Assembly (NCBI GenBank): GCA_902511005.1
Contig: CABXDN010000004.1
Span: forward strand, 28,404 to 92,403
Length of the DNA: 64,000 nt
Source: an uncultured Candidatus Poseidoniales archaeon
Lineage (GTDB): Archaea > Thermoplasmatota > Poseidoniia > Poseidoniales > Thalassarchaeaceae
Direction: 5' to 3'
The notes beneath the pieces were generated by a model. That model searched no databases and was not told the origin of the DNA. It worked only from the letters and a program-made list of their open reading frames with translations. Made by a program: the position numbers and the translations under genes. Positions 18,695 through 29,341 of this stretch are shown here, piece by piece. Each line of letters opens with the position of its first letter. The first letter of the stretch is position 1.

Positions 18695-19795
18695 ATGAGT
18701 TTCAAAAAAGACTGGGAAGTTATTGTCATTGGAGGTGGCCCTGCTGGTTCAACAACTGCAAGGTATATTGCAGAAGGAGGTTGTGACGTTCTAGTTATTG
18801 ATGGAAGAGATCCTATTGGGACGCCTTTACAATGTGGTGAATTAGTGCCGACTAACGATGAAATGCGTCGCCTTTGCCCAGATGTACCAGATATTGATGA
18901 TTTGTTACAAACACCTCCAAGTGCAATATCAAGAAAAACCTCTGAAATGCATTTAGTCCCGCCCTCTGGAAAACCTCTCCGTTACTCATTTGAAGGATTT
19001 ATGTTAAATCGAGTAGTTCATGATGAAGCTCTTGTTGATTTGGCCAAATCAAACGGTGTAGAATATTTAGTCGATTCAAGAGTTGACTCTGTAGATGGCA
19101 ATACGGTCAAATTAAGAGATGGCAGAGAATTTTCTGCAAAAGTAATAGTTGGTGCAGGTGGACATAATGATCCCTTGAGGAGAAGTTTTTGGAATGAATC
19201 TAGTCTAAAAATTCCCGTCAAATTTGTTTTGATGGATGGCGATTTTGGCGATGCAGTAGAGCTACATTTTGGTTCAATGGCTCCTGGCGGTTATGCTTGG
19301 ATGTTTCCTAAAGAAAATGGAGCTAATATTGGCGTAGGAATCCAGAATAAGTTTTCCAAAGGTAGAAATTTGAATGATTTGACTGAAAACTTCGTCAATC
19401 GCTATGAGGGTAATATTACATTCACTGGAGCAGGTTCATTGCCTATGTCAGGTACTATTACGACTTTTGTCAAAGGCAACTATGTCCTAGTAGGTGACTC
19501 TGCAGGGATGGTTCTACCATCAAATGGTGCGGGGATCACTATCGCTATGATAGGCGGAAGGATTGCAGGGCAGGTGATTTCTGAACATCTCAAATCTGGT
19601 GTTCCTTTATCTGAATTTGAAACTCGCTGGAAAAAGCAGATGGGTAAGGTAATGAGTAATTCCAAAAGAGCATTTATTTTTGGTAGTTATATCTTAAGGT
19701 TACCTGATTGGATAATTAATTTAATTTTCAATCGTTTCACGAAACCCTTTGTTTGGAGATCAATAACTTGTAGGAATATGTTTTTCATTTTTTGA
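18695..19795 (+). CDS. Geranylgeranyl reductase family flavoprotein (archaeal lipid DGGR-like)
   Basis: GGGPAGS, PLQCGE, APGGYAWMFPK, ANIGVG and LVGDSAG-V-P-NGAGI. Confidence 0.9.
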   Translation: MSFKKDWEVIVIGGGPAGSTTARYIAEGGCDVLVIDGRDPIGTPLQCGELVPTNDEMRRLCPDVPDIDDLLQTPPSAISRKTSEMHLVPPSGKPLRYSFEGFMLNRVVHDEALVDLAKSNGVEYLVDSRVDSVDGNTVKLRDGREFSAKVIVGAGGHNDPLRRSFWNESSLKIPVKFVLMDGDFGDAVELHFGSMAPGGYAWMFPKENGANIGVGIQNKFSKGRNLNDLTENFVNRYEGNITFTGAGSLPMSGTITTFVKGNYVLVGDSAGMVLPSNGAGITIAMIGGRIAGQVISEHLKSGVPLSEFETRWKKQMGKVMSNSKRAFIFGSYILRLPDWIINLIFNRFTKPFVWRSITCRNMFFIF

Positions 19796-19805
19796 GTTTG
19801 GATTA

Positions 19806-20519
19806 TTATTGTGGTTTTTCTGCTTGCCATATAGTTGCCATTCCGGGGAATATGACTTTGGCACGTGAATTAACAAACCCTACTTCTTCTAACATCTTAG
19901 TATAATCTTTAGTTGTTCCAAAGTGAACATATGTTTTAGTCAGCCACTTCCATGGGTGATCATCTTGCTTACATACTATCTTTGCATAACTTCCTACCCA
20001 CGTTCTCATCCACAACCAGCCCAAAAGTCCATGAATTTTATTGATTTTTGCAGGGTCTACAATTACTACTGATGAACCTGGTTTCAGGACACGATATACT
20101 TGCGCTAATCCCTCTCTCTTATCGTACCAATCTCTGAATGAAAATAGCGAACAGACCGCGTCAAAGGAATTATCATCAAATGGTAATTTTTCTGCTTTAC
20201 CTTCTACGAATGTTGCTTCTGAAAAACCATTCATTGTCCTTGATTTGTTAACTCTCGGTTCTGCAACGCGTAGCATTTCAGGAATAGGGTCGAGACATAC
20301 TAACTCATTTCCTTCGAATTCTTCAGCAAAACTACCCGGTCCGCAACCTACTTCCAATACACGACCATCCAGAGGTAACCTATTCCTCACCATTCGTCTC
20401 CATTTTGAAACCTGCCCTAGAGTTGCAAAGCGATTTATTTTATCGTAAACTGGTATCGTTGCTTCAAGGTTTCTTTGGAGCTCATCCCAGTCTTTTTCGC
20501 CGATAGTCTCGGTATCCAT
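19806..20519 (-). CDS. UbiE/MenG-family SAM-dependent methyltransferase
   Basis: YDKINRFATLG-WR, VLEVGCGPG, AEKLPFDDNSFDAV and RVLKPG. Confidence 0.85.
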   Translation of the reverse strand: MDTETIGEKDWDELQRNLEATIPVYDKINRFATLGQVSKWRRMVRNRLPLDGRVLEVGCGPGSFAEEFEGNELVCLDPIPEMLRVAEPRVNKSRTMNGFSEATFVEGKAEKLPFDDNSFDAVCSLFSFRDWYDKREGLAQVYRVLKPGSSVVIVDPAKINKIHGLLGWLWMRTWVGSYAKIVCKQDDHPWKWLTKTYVHFGTTKDYTKMLEEVGFVNSRAKVIFPGMATIWQAEKPQ

Positions 20520-20647
20520 ATTATGTCGCGGAAGACTCAGGTATTTGGTACGTACTGATATTAATGTCAAAGTGATTAGTGTGATACAGTTTAGGTTGCT
20601 TATCGGTTATTATCATATACTAATTTTAGGTCGACAATGATATACAG

Positions 20648-20971
20648 GTGCTGAATATGTCTAGGGAAGATGTTTTACGTTCAATTAAAAATGCAGAAAT
20701 AGCGGCCACTGAGACGCTATCAGATGCAAAAAAAGAAGCAGCATTCATAATTTCTCAAGCAAGACAAAATGCATCAGAAATTTTGACATCCGGTCGTTCA
20801 GACTCCGAGTCTAACGCCCAAGGTTTGATTTCAAAAGCGCGCGAGAGTGCTGGTTCTGAAGCAGAAGTCGTTTCAAACGACGGAAAAGTTGCACAGAAAA
20901 GTATTCATGATTCTGGGATTAAAAATCGTCAAAAGGCAGAAAAAATTGTAATTGACGCTTTTAGGAATTAA
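20648..20971 (+). CDS. atpH: A-type ATP synthase subunit H (peripheral stalk)
   Basis: Short Ala/Glu/Lys-rich helical protein (IKNAE...AKKEA...AR); first gene of the H-I-K-E-C-F-A-B-D operon. Confidence 0.8.
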   Translation: MLNMSREDVLRSIKNAEIAATETLSDAKKEAAFIISQARQNASEILTSGRSDSESNAQGLISKARESAGSEAEVVSNDGKVAQKSIHDSGIKNRQKAEKIVIDAFRN

Positions 20972-20997
20972 TTTTAATTATTTTGGAGGTTAAAATC

Positions 20998-23094
20998 ATG
21001 TCTCAGGTTAAAACACAGCAAATGGGTCGTTTACTCGCTGCTGGTAGCAAAGATCTGATTGATGAAGTAGTTGATGCGTTGGCAGAATTAAACGCATTAC
21101 ACATAATAGAATACGATGGTACGGATGAAGGTTTTAATCTAGGTACTCCGAAAGAAGAGGCAGAAGAAGTAGGAAAACGTCTGTCTAAATTACGCTCTGC
21201 AGCATCTCTTGTTGATGTTTCTGGTCCGAAAAAACCAGTGTCTGCAAAGAAGATCCGTTCAGAGCTCGAAAATAATCTCTCGGAGGCAGTAGAACATCTT
21301 TTGGAAAAAAGTACTCGTCTTGATTCAGTCGAGAATAGTCTGTCCTCCCTAGAGGAAGAAGCGGCTGTCTTGGAATTAATTTCATCAATTGATTTAGATG
21401 TAGAGTTATTATCTGGTTATTCGGAATTATCTTCATTCGTAGGCACTGTGAATGATTTAGAAATGGCTAAAGAAATCACATCTAATAGCCTCTTCTTTAG
21501 CGGCGTATCTAAAAAAACTAAGGTAATTGCTGTTTTTGTTAAAAATAGTGATTCTAACGACACACAATCTCAATTGAATGCATCCGGATTCCAGGCAATT
21601 AACCTTCCAGAGAATGGCAATGGCAGTTCACATATTTTACTCTCAGATGTACGTGAATCAATCAGCGCACTATCTAAAGAGAAGTCATCAATAAGTGAAG
21701 AGATAGATAATTGGACAAACGAATTCGGAGAATCTCTAGTTTGTGGTTTAGAATTATTAGAGAGAGAACACGATATTCTGACTGCACCTGTTAAAATTGC
21801 AGTTTCGGAGCATGCTTTTTTCATCGATGGATGGATAGAAATGTCTCGCTCCGAGGAAGTTAAATCTGCTCTATCAAAATCTTGTCTATACACTGAGGTT
21901 TCTCCCTTTGTGCTGAAGGCAGGCGGTGGTGGTCATGGGCATTCAGATCATGCTCATCATCAAGAGATGCCCCCTATCTCCTATCAAAATAGAAAAGTCA
22001 GTAAGCCAATGGAATTACTTACTGATGCAGTAGGGAGGCCAGCGTACGGAAGGATAGATCCTACCTTGTTTATGTTTGTTACTTATCCAATTTTCTTTGG
22101 AATGATGCTTGGAGATATGGCATATGGTCTGATTACTATTTCTCTTGGAGCATTTATAATGAGTCGTGCAGGTTCCAATGATATGATGAATCTGGGTGGG
22201 AAATTCTTGGTTTATATTGGACTAGGGACTTTTGCATTTGGTTACCTCTATGCTGAATTCGCAGGTTGGGAGATATTCCCTCATGGGCATCATAATCCTG
22301 CTGAGGCTCTTGCTGTATTCTATCCTGAGATTCCTCATCATGAATATCATGTATGGTCTCAGTCACTACCCTTTAGTATCGAACTGGCATTCCCATTCCA
22401 CAGAGTTGTATCGGTTGAAGATCATGGAAATCTTGAACACTTAGCAGTATTAACTATTTACTTAGGATTAATACATATTATGTTTGGTAGATTGATTGGA
22501 TTCAGAGACGTTCTTCTATACGGGACTGATCATGGTCATGTTGGTTTCCTTGCAGCATTTTTCGAACACGGTGTTTGGATGATTCTATTAGTTGGGGGTT
22601 TCATATTCTCATACGGCTATATTGGTTCAAAGAACTATGGTTATGAAGTCGAATACATGATTTTACCTGGTGCTATGATAGCAATATCTGCAATCATCTT
22701 GCTTGTATGGACACTTTACAAATACCATGGCATTCCTTTTGTGATCAGTTTGATCCTATCTCCTATTGAGGCGATTGGGATGATGCCCTCAGTAATCTCT
22801 TATGTCCGTCTTTTCGCAGTAGGTGTAGTCGGTGTTAAAATTGCCGAGACTGGCAATGTGAAGTTATTCGAGCCTATGGCACATGCTATCGACCATGGCG
22901 ATTTCTTAGTCGTCCCATTCCTTTTGATTGGTTGGTTAGCAGTTCAATTCTTTGCATGGGGTCTGGGGGTATTCAGTCCTAATATTCATGCGGCCAGGCT
23001 TCATTTCGTAGAATGGATGAGGCAATATTATGATTCTAGCGGAGAGGCATTCGAGCCTTTCGGTTTCCGCTCGCACCATGTGGAGGTCGAGTGA
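20998..23094 (+). CDS. atpI: A-type ATP synthase subunit I (a)
   Basis: PAYGRIDPT, FFGMMLGDMAYG, essential Arg in ISYVRLFA, and RLHFVEW. Confidence 0.95.
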   Translation: MSQVKTQQMGRLLAAGSKDLIDEVVDALAELNALHIIEYDGTDEGFNLGTPKEEAEEVGKRLSKLRSAASLVDVSGPKKPVSAKKIRSELENNLSEAVEHLLEKSTRLDSVENSLSSLEEEAAVLELISSIDLDVELLSGYSELSSFVGTVNDLEMAKEITSNSLFFSGVSKKTKVIAVFVKNSDSNDTQSQLNASGFQAINLPENGNGSSHILLSDVRESISALSKEKSSISEEIDNWTNEFGESLVCGLELLEREHDILTAPVKIAVSEHAFFIDGWIEMSRSEEVKSALSKSCLYTEVSPFVLKAGGGGHGHSDHAHHQEMPPISYQNRKVSKPMELLTDAVGRPAYGRIDPTLFMFVTYPIFFGMMLGDMAYGLITISLGAFIMSRAGSNDMMNLGGKFLVYIGLGTFAFGYLYAEFAGWEIFPHGHHNPAEALAVFYPEIPHHEYHVWSQSLPFSIELAFPFHRVVSVEDHGNLEHLAVLTIYLGLIHIMFGRLIGFRDVLLYGTDHGHVGFLAAFFEHGVWMILLVGGFIFSYGYIGSKNYGYEVEYMILPGAMIAISAIILLVWTLYKYHGIPFVISLILSPIEAIGMMPSVISYVRLFAVGVVGVKIAETGNVKLFEPMAHAIDHGDFLVVPFLLIGWLAVQFFAWGLGVFSPNIHAARLHFVEWMRQYYDSSGEAFEPFGFRSHHVEVE

Positions 23095-23140
23095 TATCAC
23101 ATTCCAAGTGTAATGCTTAGAAAAAATGGAGGAAAAAAAT

Positions 23141-23446
23141 ATGAATAACAGAAATAAAATGAGAGGAATGAGTATGTTGCTAACATTATCGTCAATTGTG
23201 ATGATTGCTAGCAGCGTTCAGGCGGAAGACAATGCATCTACAGAAGCTGCATATGCAAACATCGGTGCAGGTATTGCACTAGGTTTAGCAGGAATTGGAA
23301 CTGGCTTAAGCCAAGGGCCAATTGGAGCTGCTGCTGTAGGAATGATTGCAGAAGATAGCAGTAAGTTCGTTAACGGACTAATCTTCACTGCTCTACCTGA
23401 GACAATTGTCCTTTTCGGATTTCTTGCACTATTCTTGCTCGGATAA
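23141..23446 (+). CDS. atpK: A-type ATP synthase subunit K (c, proteolipid), single hairpin with N-terminal extension
   Basis: IGAGIALGLAGIGTGLSQGPIGAAAVG...ALPETIVLFG; GGAGG RBS before ATG 23141. Confidence 0.93.
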   Translation: MNNRNKMRGMSMLLTLSSIVMIASSVQAEDNASTEAAYANIGAGIALGLAGIGTGLSQGPIGAAAVGMIAEDSSKFVNGLIFTALPETIVLFGFLALFLLG

Positions 23447-23499
23447 GCAGAATTTTGTAGGTTCCTATAATGAATAATTAAAACACGAGGTGTAATGAA

Positions 23500-24057
23500 A
23501 TGACATTGGATGCATTAGCAAACGAAATCGCTGCCCAAGCGAAAGCAGAGGCAGAATCGATTATCGCAGCCGCTAAGCAGCAAGCTGAAGAAATTGAGGA
23601 TGAGGCAAAAGCAGTAGCTTCTTCTTTCTCCTCAGATATGAAAGCACGTGCTGAGCGAGAGAGCGCCCAGTTGTCAGTAGAAGTAGTAGCATCAGCTAAA
23701 CAAGCAAACCAAAAGCATCTTCTAATCGCTAGACGCGAAGAATTGGATGAGACATGGAATTCAATACGTGTATCGGTGGCGTCACCAGATCTCAAAGGTC
23801 GTTCTGATGTCCTGAGTGCACTTTTAGCTGAAGCGAGCAAATCTGGAGAAGGAATGTTACTTCGTCCAGTTTCGACTGATCGCAAAGCGCTTGAAAAAGG
23901 GAATTTTTCTCTTGGTGACGACGTTGAAGGATTAGGGGGCTTTGTCCTCGAATCTAAAGACGGTTCAATAGTACTTGATTATCGATTTGATAGTCGTCTA
24001 GAAGAAGCTTGGAATACTAATCTAGGTACTGTAAATAAAACTTTATTTGGTAATTAA
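23500..24057 (+). CDS. atpE: A-type ATP synthase subunit E
   Basis: N-terminal coiled coil, LGGFVLES-DG-LDYRF, and operon position. Confidence 0.9.
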   Translation: MTLDALANEIAAQAKAEAESIIAAAKQQAEEIEDEAKAVASSFSSDMKARAERESAQLSVEVVASAKQANQKHLLIARREELDETWNSIRVSVASPDLKGRSDVLSALLAEASKSGEGMLLRPVSTDRKALEKGNFSLGDDVEGLGGFVLESKDGSIVLDYRFDSRLEEAWNTNLGTVNKTLFGN

Positions 24058-24068
24058 TTGGTGAAAAT

Positions 24069-25124
24069 ATGACTGGAATAGTAAGTGGCCGTTCTAATAT
24101 TTACAATGCTTCAGCTCGCGCTAAAGCACGTAAGGCTTCTCTAATTGATCCCACCCGTATGCGACAATTGTTGCAATTAGGTCCGGAATCAATTGGTGCA
24201 AGTATTGGTGAGCTAGGATATCGTTCTGAAATGGATATATATTCTGCTCGTATGGACGGAGCAGATGCAGTAGAAGCTGCACTTTTCCACAATCTTGATA
24301 ATGATCTATCTGAGGTAATGAGATTCTGTCAAGGGCCTCTCAAATCAATAGTTTCAGTCTATGTTGAACGTTTCTCTTATGAGAAGGCAAAGACCGTTCT
24401 CCGTGCAGTTAACGGCGGATGTTCAGATGAATTAATTGAATCACAAATCCTTCCTTCTGAAAATCCTAAGAATTCATTATGGCTTGAAATTGTTAGGAAT
24501 ACAGAGACAGTTGCAGAAGCAGCCAGTGCAATGGCAGGTACGCCTTGGGGTAAGGAATTAGGTAAATTGGAAGGTGCAGAATCAACACTAGAAGAAATGG
24601 AAGATGCATTGGATAGACAATACTACAATCACGCCTTGAAAGTTTCTCGAGGAAAGGATTCCAGCATCCATCTAATGAAGTATATCAGGACCGAGATCGA
24701 CCATCGAAATATAATTAATCAATTCCGTGAACTACGTCAAAATATTTCTCCAGACAAACGTTTACAGATGGTTATTTCAGGCGGTCGTATTCAGAACTCA
24801 GTAATGGCACAAGCGTCCCAAGCAACATCTCAGGAAGCGATAGTAGATGCTCTTCGCCGTAGCAACTCATTTGATGATGAGGGGTTCGATGAAGCACTTC
24901 AACAGTCAAAAGTCACTGGTTCTTTAGATCCAATAGCATCTCTTTTGACACATAAAAGGCATGCGATGCTAAAGCGTTTCGCGTATCTTAATCCTGTGTC
25001 ATCATTCCCAGTGATTTACTATATCGAGCGTAAAGTGCTCGAAATACAGAATCTTCGTCTTCTTGTGCGTGGGAAGACGATTGGCCTCACATCAGAGGTA
25101 TTAGAAGCGCATATGGATTTTTGA
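24069..25124 (+). CDS. atpC: A-type ATP synthase subunit C
   Basis: ARAKARKASLI, EDALDRQYY, EIDHRNI and EIQNLRLLVRGK. Confidence 0.9.
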   Translation: MTGIVSGRSNIYNASARAKARKASLIDPTRMRQLLQLGPESIGASIGELGYRSEMDIYSARMDGADAVEAALFHNLDNDLSEVMRFCQGPLKSIVSVYVERFSYEKAKTVLRAVNGGCSDELIESQILPSENPKNSLWLEIVRNTETVAEAASAMAGTPWGKELGKLEGAESTLEEMEDALDRQYYNHALKVSRGKDSSIHLMKYIRTEIDHRNIINQFRELRQNISPDKRLQMVISGGRIQNSVMAQASQATSQEAIVDALRRSNSFDDEGFDEALQQSKVTGSLDPIASLLTHKRHAMLKRFAYLNPVSSFPVIYYIERKVLEIQNLRLLVRGKTIGLTSEVLEAHMDF

Positions 25125-25134
25125 GGTAGATAAT

Positions 25135-25434
25135 ATGGAAATAGCAGTAGTCGGTTCCCTTGATTTTACCCTTGGTTTCCAACTTGCGGGTGTTTTGAGA
25201 TTACACAACCCTGCTAATCTAGATGAGTTGACTTCAACGATGAAGTCTCTATTAAATGAAAAAGAAGTAGGAGTTGTTGTAATTGATAACTCCGATTTAT
25301 TACAGCTTCCGGAAAGATTGCGAGTGCAACTATCCGAAAGTATCACACCCACTGTATTGGGTATTGGGACCGAAGAGGATAATACCCTCAGAGAGTCCAT
25401 CAAGTCGGCCCTAGGAGTCGATTTGTGGAAGTAA
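25135..25434 (+). CDS. atpF: A-type ATP synthase subunit F
   Basis: MEIAVVG-DFTLGFQLAG and IKSALGVDLW. Confidence 0.93.
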   Translation: MEIAVVGSLDFTLGFQLAGVLRLHNPANLDELTSTMKSLLNEKEVGVVVIDNSDLLQLPERLRVQLSESITPTVLGIGTEEDNTLRESIKSALGVDLWK

Positions 25435-25468
25435 ATCCTAGAAAAAAAATAAAGGAAGTGAATTAAAA

Positions 25469-27211
25469 ATGAGTGAAGAAAATGGAGTGATTTATCGCAT
25501 CTCTGGACCAGTTGTAACCGCAGTAGGAATTTCGCCAAGAATGTATGAAGTTGTGCGAGTAGGTGATGAAGGTTTAATGGGAGAAGTTATTGAATTACAC
25601 GGCGAACAATCAGTTATTCAGGTATATGAGGAAACCTCAGGTGTCAGACCTGGTGAACCGGTTATTAGAACTGGACAAACCTTGTCTGTTCAACTAGGTC
25701 CAGGTCTTTTAACTAAGATTTATGATGGTATTCAGAGACCTCTACCTGAACTTGAGAAGACCATGGGTGTCTTTATCAAAAGAGGAGTCGATGCAGATGG
25801 TTTAGATTTAGAAAAGAATTGGGATTTCAAAGCAACTGCTAAGGCAGGTGACTCAGTAACGTCAGGGGATGTTATTGGAACAGTCCAAGAAACAAAGACT
25901 ATCGAACATAGAGTCATGGTTCCTCCGGGTACCTCAGGTGTCATCAAAAACATTAGTTCCGGTGAATTTAATGTGACTCAAACTGTTTGTACTTTAGAAG
26001 ATGGAAATGAAATTCAAATGATGCAAAAATGGCCAGTTCGTACGCCTCGTCCGTTTACAAAGAAACACGCTCCTGAGGTTCCTTTGCAAACAGGTCAAAG
26101 AATTCTAGATTTCCTTTTCCCACTAGCTAAGGGAGGAACTGCAGGAATTCCTGGTCCATTTGGTTCAGGTAAAACAGTCACACAACAGCAACTTGCTAAG
26201 TGGTCTGATGCAGATATTGTCGTCTATATCGGATGCGGTGAACGTGGTAATGAGATGACTGAAGTTCTCGATGAATTCCCTCATCTCATGGATCCTAAAA
26301 CGGGTGAAGCTTTGATGAACAGGACTACTATGATTGCTAACACTTCTAATATGCCAGTTGCAGCCAGAGAAGCTTCAGTTTATACTGGTATTACAATCGC
26401 CGAATATTTCAGAGATATGGGCTATGATGTTGCTTTAATGGCTGATTCAACTAGTCGTTGGGCAGAAGCAATGAGAGAAATTTCATCTCGTTTAGAAGAG
26501 ATGCCGGGTGAGGAAGGTTATCCTGCATATCTTTCCAGCCGTCTTGCAGAATTCTATGAGAGAGCAGGAAGAGTCGAGACTCTTGCAGGAGGAGATGGTT
26601 CAGTATCTGTAATAGGTGCCGTTTCACCTCCTGGTGGAGATATTTCAGAACCAGTCAGTCAAGGGACTCTGCGTATCGTTAAGGTATTCTGGGGTCTTGA
26701 TGCTGGTCTTGCGCGTCAGAGGCATTTCCCTGCAATTAATTGGCTAAATTCCTACTCACTATATCCTCCGTCGCTTGATCAATGGTATAGAGATAATATC
26801 AAGAGTGATTTCCCTGAACTTAGGACTGAAATCAGTGCCTTACTTCAAGTTGAAGCAGAATTACAAGAAATCGTTCAGTTAGTGGGTTCCGATGCTTTAC
26901 CAGTCGATCAACAACTAACTCTAGAAGTTGCTCGTATGATTAGAGAATTTTTCCTACAACAGAATGCATTCCATGACGTAGATACTTATACTGACTTAAA
27001 ACTCCAATATACTATGGCTAAGGCCATACTTTCTTTCCAAGAAGAATCGAAGAAGGCTTTAGCAGGTGGTGCCGCTCTTGAAGACGTAGTTAACGTACCA
27101 GCACGTACTGACCTAATGAGGGGAAGATTCGAATCAGGTTATGAAGAAAAAATCGATAAAATGTTAGAAACTATGATCAAACAAATTGCCGAGACTATGG
27201 AGGATAACTGA
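25469..27211 (+). CDS. atpA: A-type ATP synthase subunit A
   Basis: [26 protein letters not shown] and EEGYPAYL; no intein. Confidence 0.98.
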   Translation: MSEENGVIYRISGPVVTAVGISPRMYEVVRVGDEGLMGEVIELHGEQSVIQVYEETSGVRPGEPVIRTGQTLSVQLGPGLLTKIYDGIQRPLPELEKTMGVFIKRGVDADGLDLEKNWDFKATAKAGDSVTSGDVIGTVQETKTIEHRVMVPPGTSGVIKNISSGEFNVTQTVCTLEDGNEIQMMQKWPVRTPRPFTKKHAPEVPLQTGQRILDFLFPLAKGGTAGIPGPFGSGKTVTQQQLAKWSDADIVVYIGCGERGNEMTEVLDEFPHLMDPKTGEALMNRTTMIANTSNMPVAAREASVYTGITIAEYFRDMGYDVALMADSTSRWAEAMREISSRLEEMPGEEGYPAYLSSRLAEFYERAGRVETLAGGDGSVSVIGAVSPPGGDISEPVSQGTLRIVKVFWGLDAGLARQRHFPAINWLNSYSLYPPSLDQWYRDNIKSDFPELRTEISALLQVEAELQEIVQLVGSDALPVDQQLTLEVARMIREFFLQQNAFHDVDTYTDLKLQYTMAKAILSFQEESKKALAGGAALEDVVNVPARTDLMRGRFESGYEEKIDKMLETMIKQIAETMEDN

Positions 27212-27223
27212 GAGGTGGTATAA

Positions 27224-28609
27224 ATGACTGGAAAAGAATATAGAACAATCACTGACGTAAAAGGACCTCTTGTGTTCCTAAATAAAACTGAACCTGTTGC
27301 CTTTGGAGAGATTGTAGAATTACGCCTCACTGATGGTACTTTGAAGAATGGGCAAGTCCTAGATACATCTGACGACCAAGTTATCGTTCAGGTTTTCGAA
27401 GGTACTGCTTCAATTGATAAACAAACAGGGATAAAATTCCTTGGTGACGTGTTTAAGTTACCAGTAAGCACAGACATGATTGGAAGAATCCTTGACGGTG
27501 CTGGACGTCCAAGAGATGGTGGGCCTGCTATTGTAGCAGACGAAATGGCAGACATTATTGGTGCTGCTATCAACCCTTATTCTCGTCAGAGCCCTGATAC
27601 ATTTATTCAAACCGGAATATCTGCAATTGATGCTTGTACTTCATTAGTTCGTGGTCAGAAACTACCTATTTTCAGTGCTTCAGGACTTCCTCACAATGAT
27701 ATCGCATTACAAATTGCTCGACAGGCTAAACTGGTAGACAGTGATGATGACTTCGTAGTAGTTTTCTGTGCTATGGGAATCACGGCAGAAGAATACAATT
27801 TCTTCGTTCATGATTTGGAAAGAACTGGCGCTCTAGAGAATGCCTGTCTTTTCGTTAATCTTGCTGATGACCCTGCTGTTGAGAGATTAATTACTCCAAG
27901 ATTGGCTCTTACTGCTGCTGAATATTTAGCTTTCGAGAAGGATTATCACGTATTAGTCATCTATACAGACATGACTAACTATTGTGAATCGCTACGTCAA
28001 ATAGGTGCAGCGCGTGAAGAAGTCCCTGGTCGTAGAGGTTATCCTGGATACATGTATACTGATTTAGCAATGTTATATGAGCGAGCAGGTTTGGTTAAGG
28101 GGAAGAAAGGTTCAATCACTCAATTCCCTATATTGACAATGCCTGGTGACGATATTACTCATCCTATACCAGATCTTTCTGGATATATTACCGAGGGGCA
28201 AATTGTTATTTCTCGTGAGCTTCATCAGAAAGGAATTTATCCTCCGATTAACGTTCTACCTTCTCTATCTCGACTTATGAATGCAGGGATTGGTGACGGT
28301 AAAACTCGTGAAGATCATAAATCAGTTTCTGATCAACTTTATGCAGCATATGCTCAAGGAAGGGAATTACGTGGTTTAGTGGCAATTGTAGGTGAAGATG
28401 CTTTGAATGAGCGTGATTTACAGTTATTGAAGTTCGCGGATATTTTTGAGAATAAATTCCTTCGACAAAGTCGTGATGAAGATCGTTCAATTTCAGAGGG
28501 AACTCTTGATTATGCTTGGGAACTGCTTTCAAATATTGATACAAAATATCTTGTACGTCTTGATCAAAAGTGGATTGATAAGTATCATCCAACTGACAAA
28601 AAAGAATGA
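27224..28609 (+). CDS. atpB: A-type ATP synthase subunit B
   Basis: [39 protein letters not shown] and PSLSRLM. Confidence 0.98.
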   Translation: MTGKEYRTITDVKGPLVFLNKTEPVAFGEIVELRLTDGTLKNGQVLDTSDDQVIVQVFEGTASIDKQTGIKFLGDVFKLPVSTDMIGRILDGAGRPRDGGPAIVADEMADIIGAAINPYSRQSPDTFIQTGISAIDACTSLVRGQKLPIFSASGLPHNDIALQIARQAKLVDSDDDFVVVFCAMGITAEEYNFFVHDLERTGALENACLFVNLADDPAVERLITPRLALTAAEYLAFEKDYHVLVIYTDMTNYCESLRQIGAAREEVPGRRGYPGYMYTDLAMLYERAGLVKGKKGSITQFPILTMPGDDITHPIPDLSGYITEGQIVISRELHQKGIYPPINVLPSLSRLMNAGIGDGKTREDHKSVSDQLYAAYAQGRELRGLVAIVGEDALNERDLQLLKFADIFENKFLRQSRDEDRSISEGTLDYAWELLSNIDTKYLVRLDQKWIDKYHPTDKKE

Positions 28610-28634
28610 ATAAATTTAGAATTATAGTTAGGAG

Positions 28635-29261
28635 ATGAGAAAGATGGCACTAGACATCAAACCAACACGCTCAGAACTGATAAATTTGAAACGTCGTATT
28701 AAACAGACTTCAAGTGGATATAATCTCCTTAAAATGAAGAGAGATGGTTTATTCTTTGAATTCCGTACACTGTTGGCTGAGATGATTGCAGCAAGAGAAG
28801 AACTTGTGGGAACTTACCGCGACGCATTGAAATCTATTGCCTTAGCGTCATCTATTGAAGGTGGGTTAGCTGTAAAAAGCGCGGCAATTGCAGCAACATC
28901 AGGGCCAGAAGTAATGGTATCAAGAAGAAATATAATGGGTGTCGTTGTTCCTAAAGTTGAAGGTGCAAATCTTACAACCACTGTTGAAACGAGACCTACT
29001 GGAATTATTGGTGGTTCGCCATATATCGATGAATCTGCAGATTCTTATTCTATATTAATATCAAAAATTGTCAAGGCAGCAGAAATGGAAGCAACTCTGA
29101 AAAGACTTCTTGAAGAGATTGAAGCTACAAAAAGACGTGTAAACGCCTTGGAATTTGTTGTTATTCCTGAAATGAAAGAAGCACAATCATTCATTCAACT
29201 AAGATTAGAAGAGATGGAGAGAGAAGAAACATTCCGTCTTAAGAGATTCAAAAACAAGTAA
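28635..29261 (+). CDS. atpD: A-type ATP synthase subunit D
   Basis: KPTRSEL, LLKMKRD, TKRRVNALE and EREETFRLK. Confidence 0.96.
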   Translation: MRKMALDIKPTRSELINLKRRIKQTSSGYNLLKMKRDGLFFEFRTLLAEMIAAREELVGTYRDALKSIALASSIEGGLAVKSAAIAATSGPEVMVSRRNIMGVVVPKVEGANLTTTVETRPTGIIGGSPYIDESADSYSILISKIVKAAEMEATLKRLLEEIEATKRRVNALEFVVIPEMKEAQSFIQLRLEEMEREETFRLKRFKNK

Positions 29262-29341
29262 CTTTGTATTTCTTTCTGCATAGCAGCACACACGGTTTGA
29301 TAGGGGGTAATCTATGCTCAGTAGTCAAGTGAGATGGAGGG

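Noticed and set aside
25469-27211. Possible inteins in atpA, gyrA, gyrB or cdc6
   Set aside because: Lengths are normal and the motifs are contiguous; no intein splice motifs are present.
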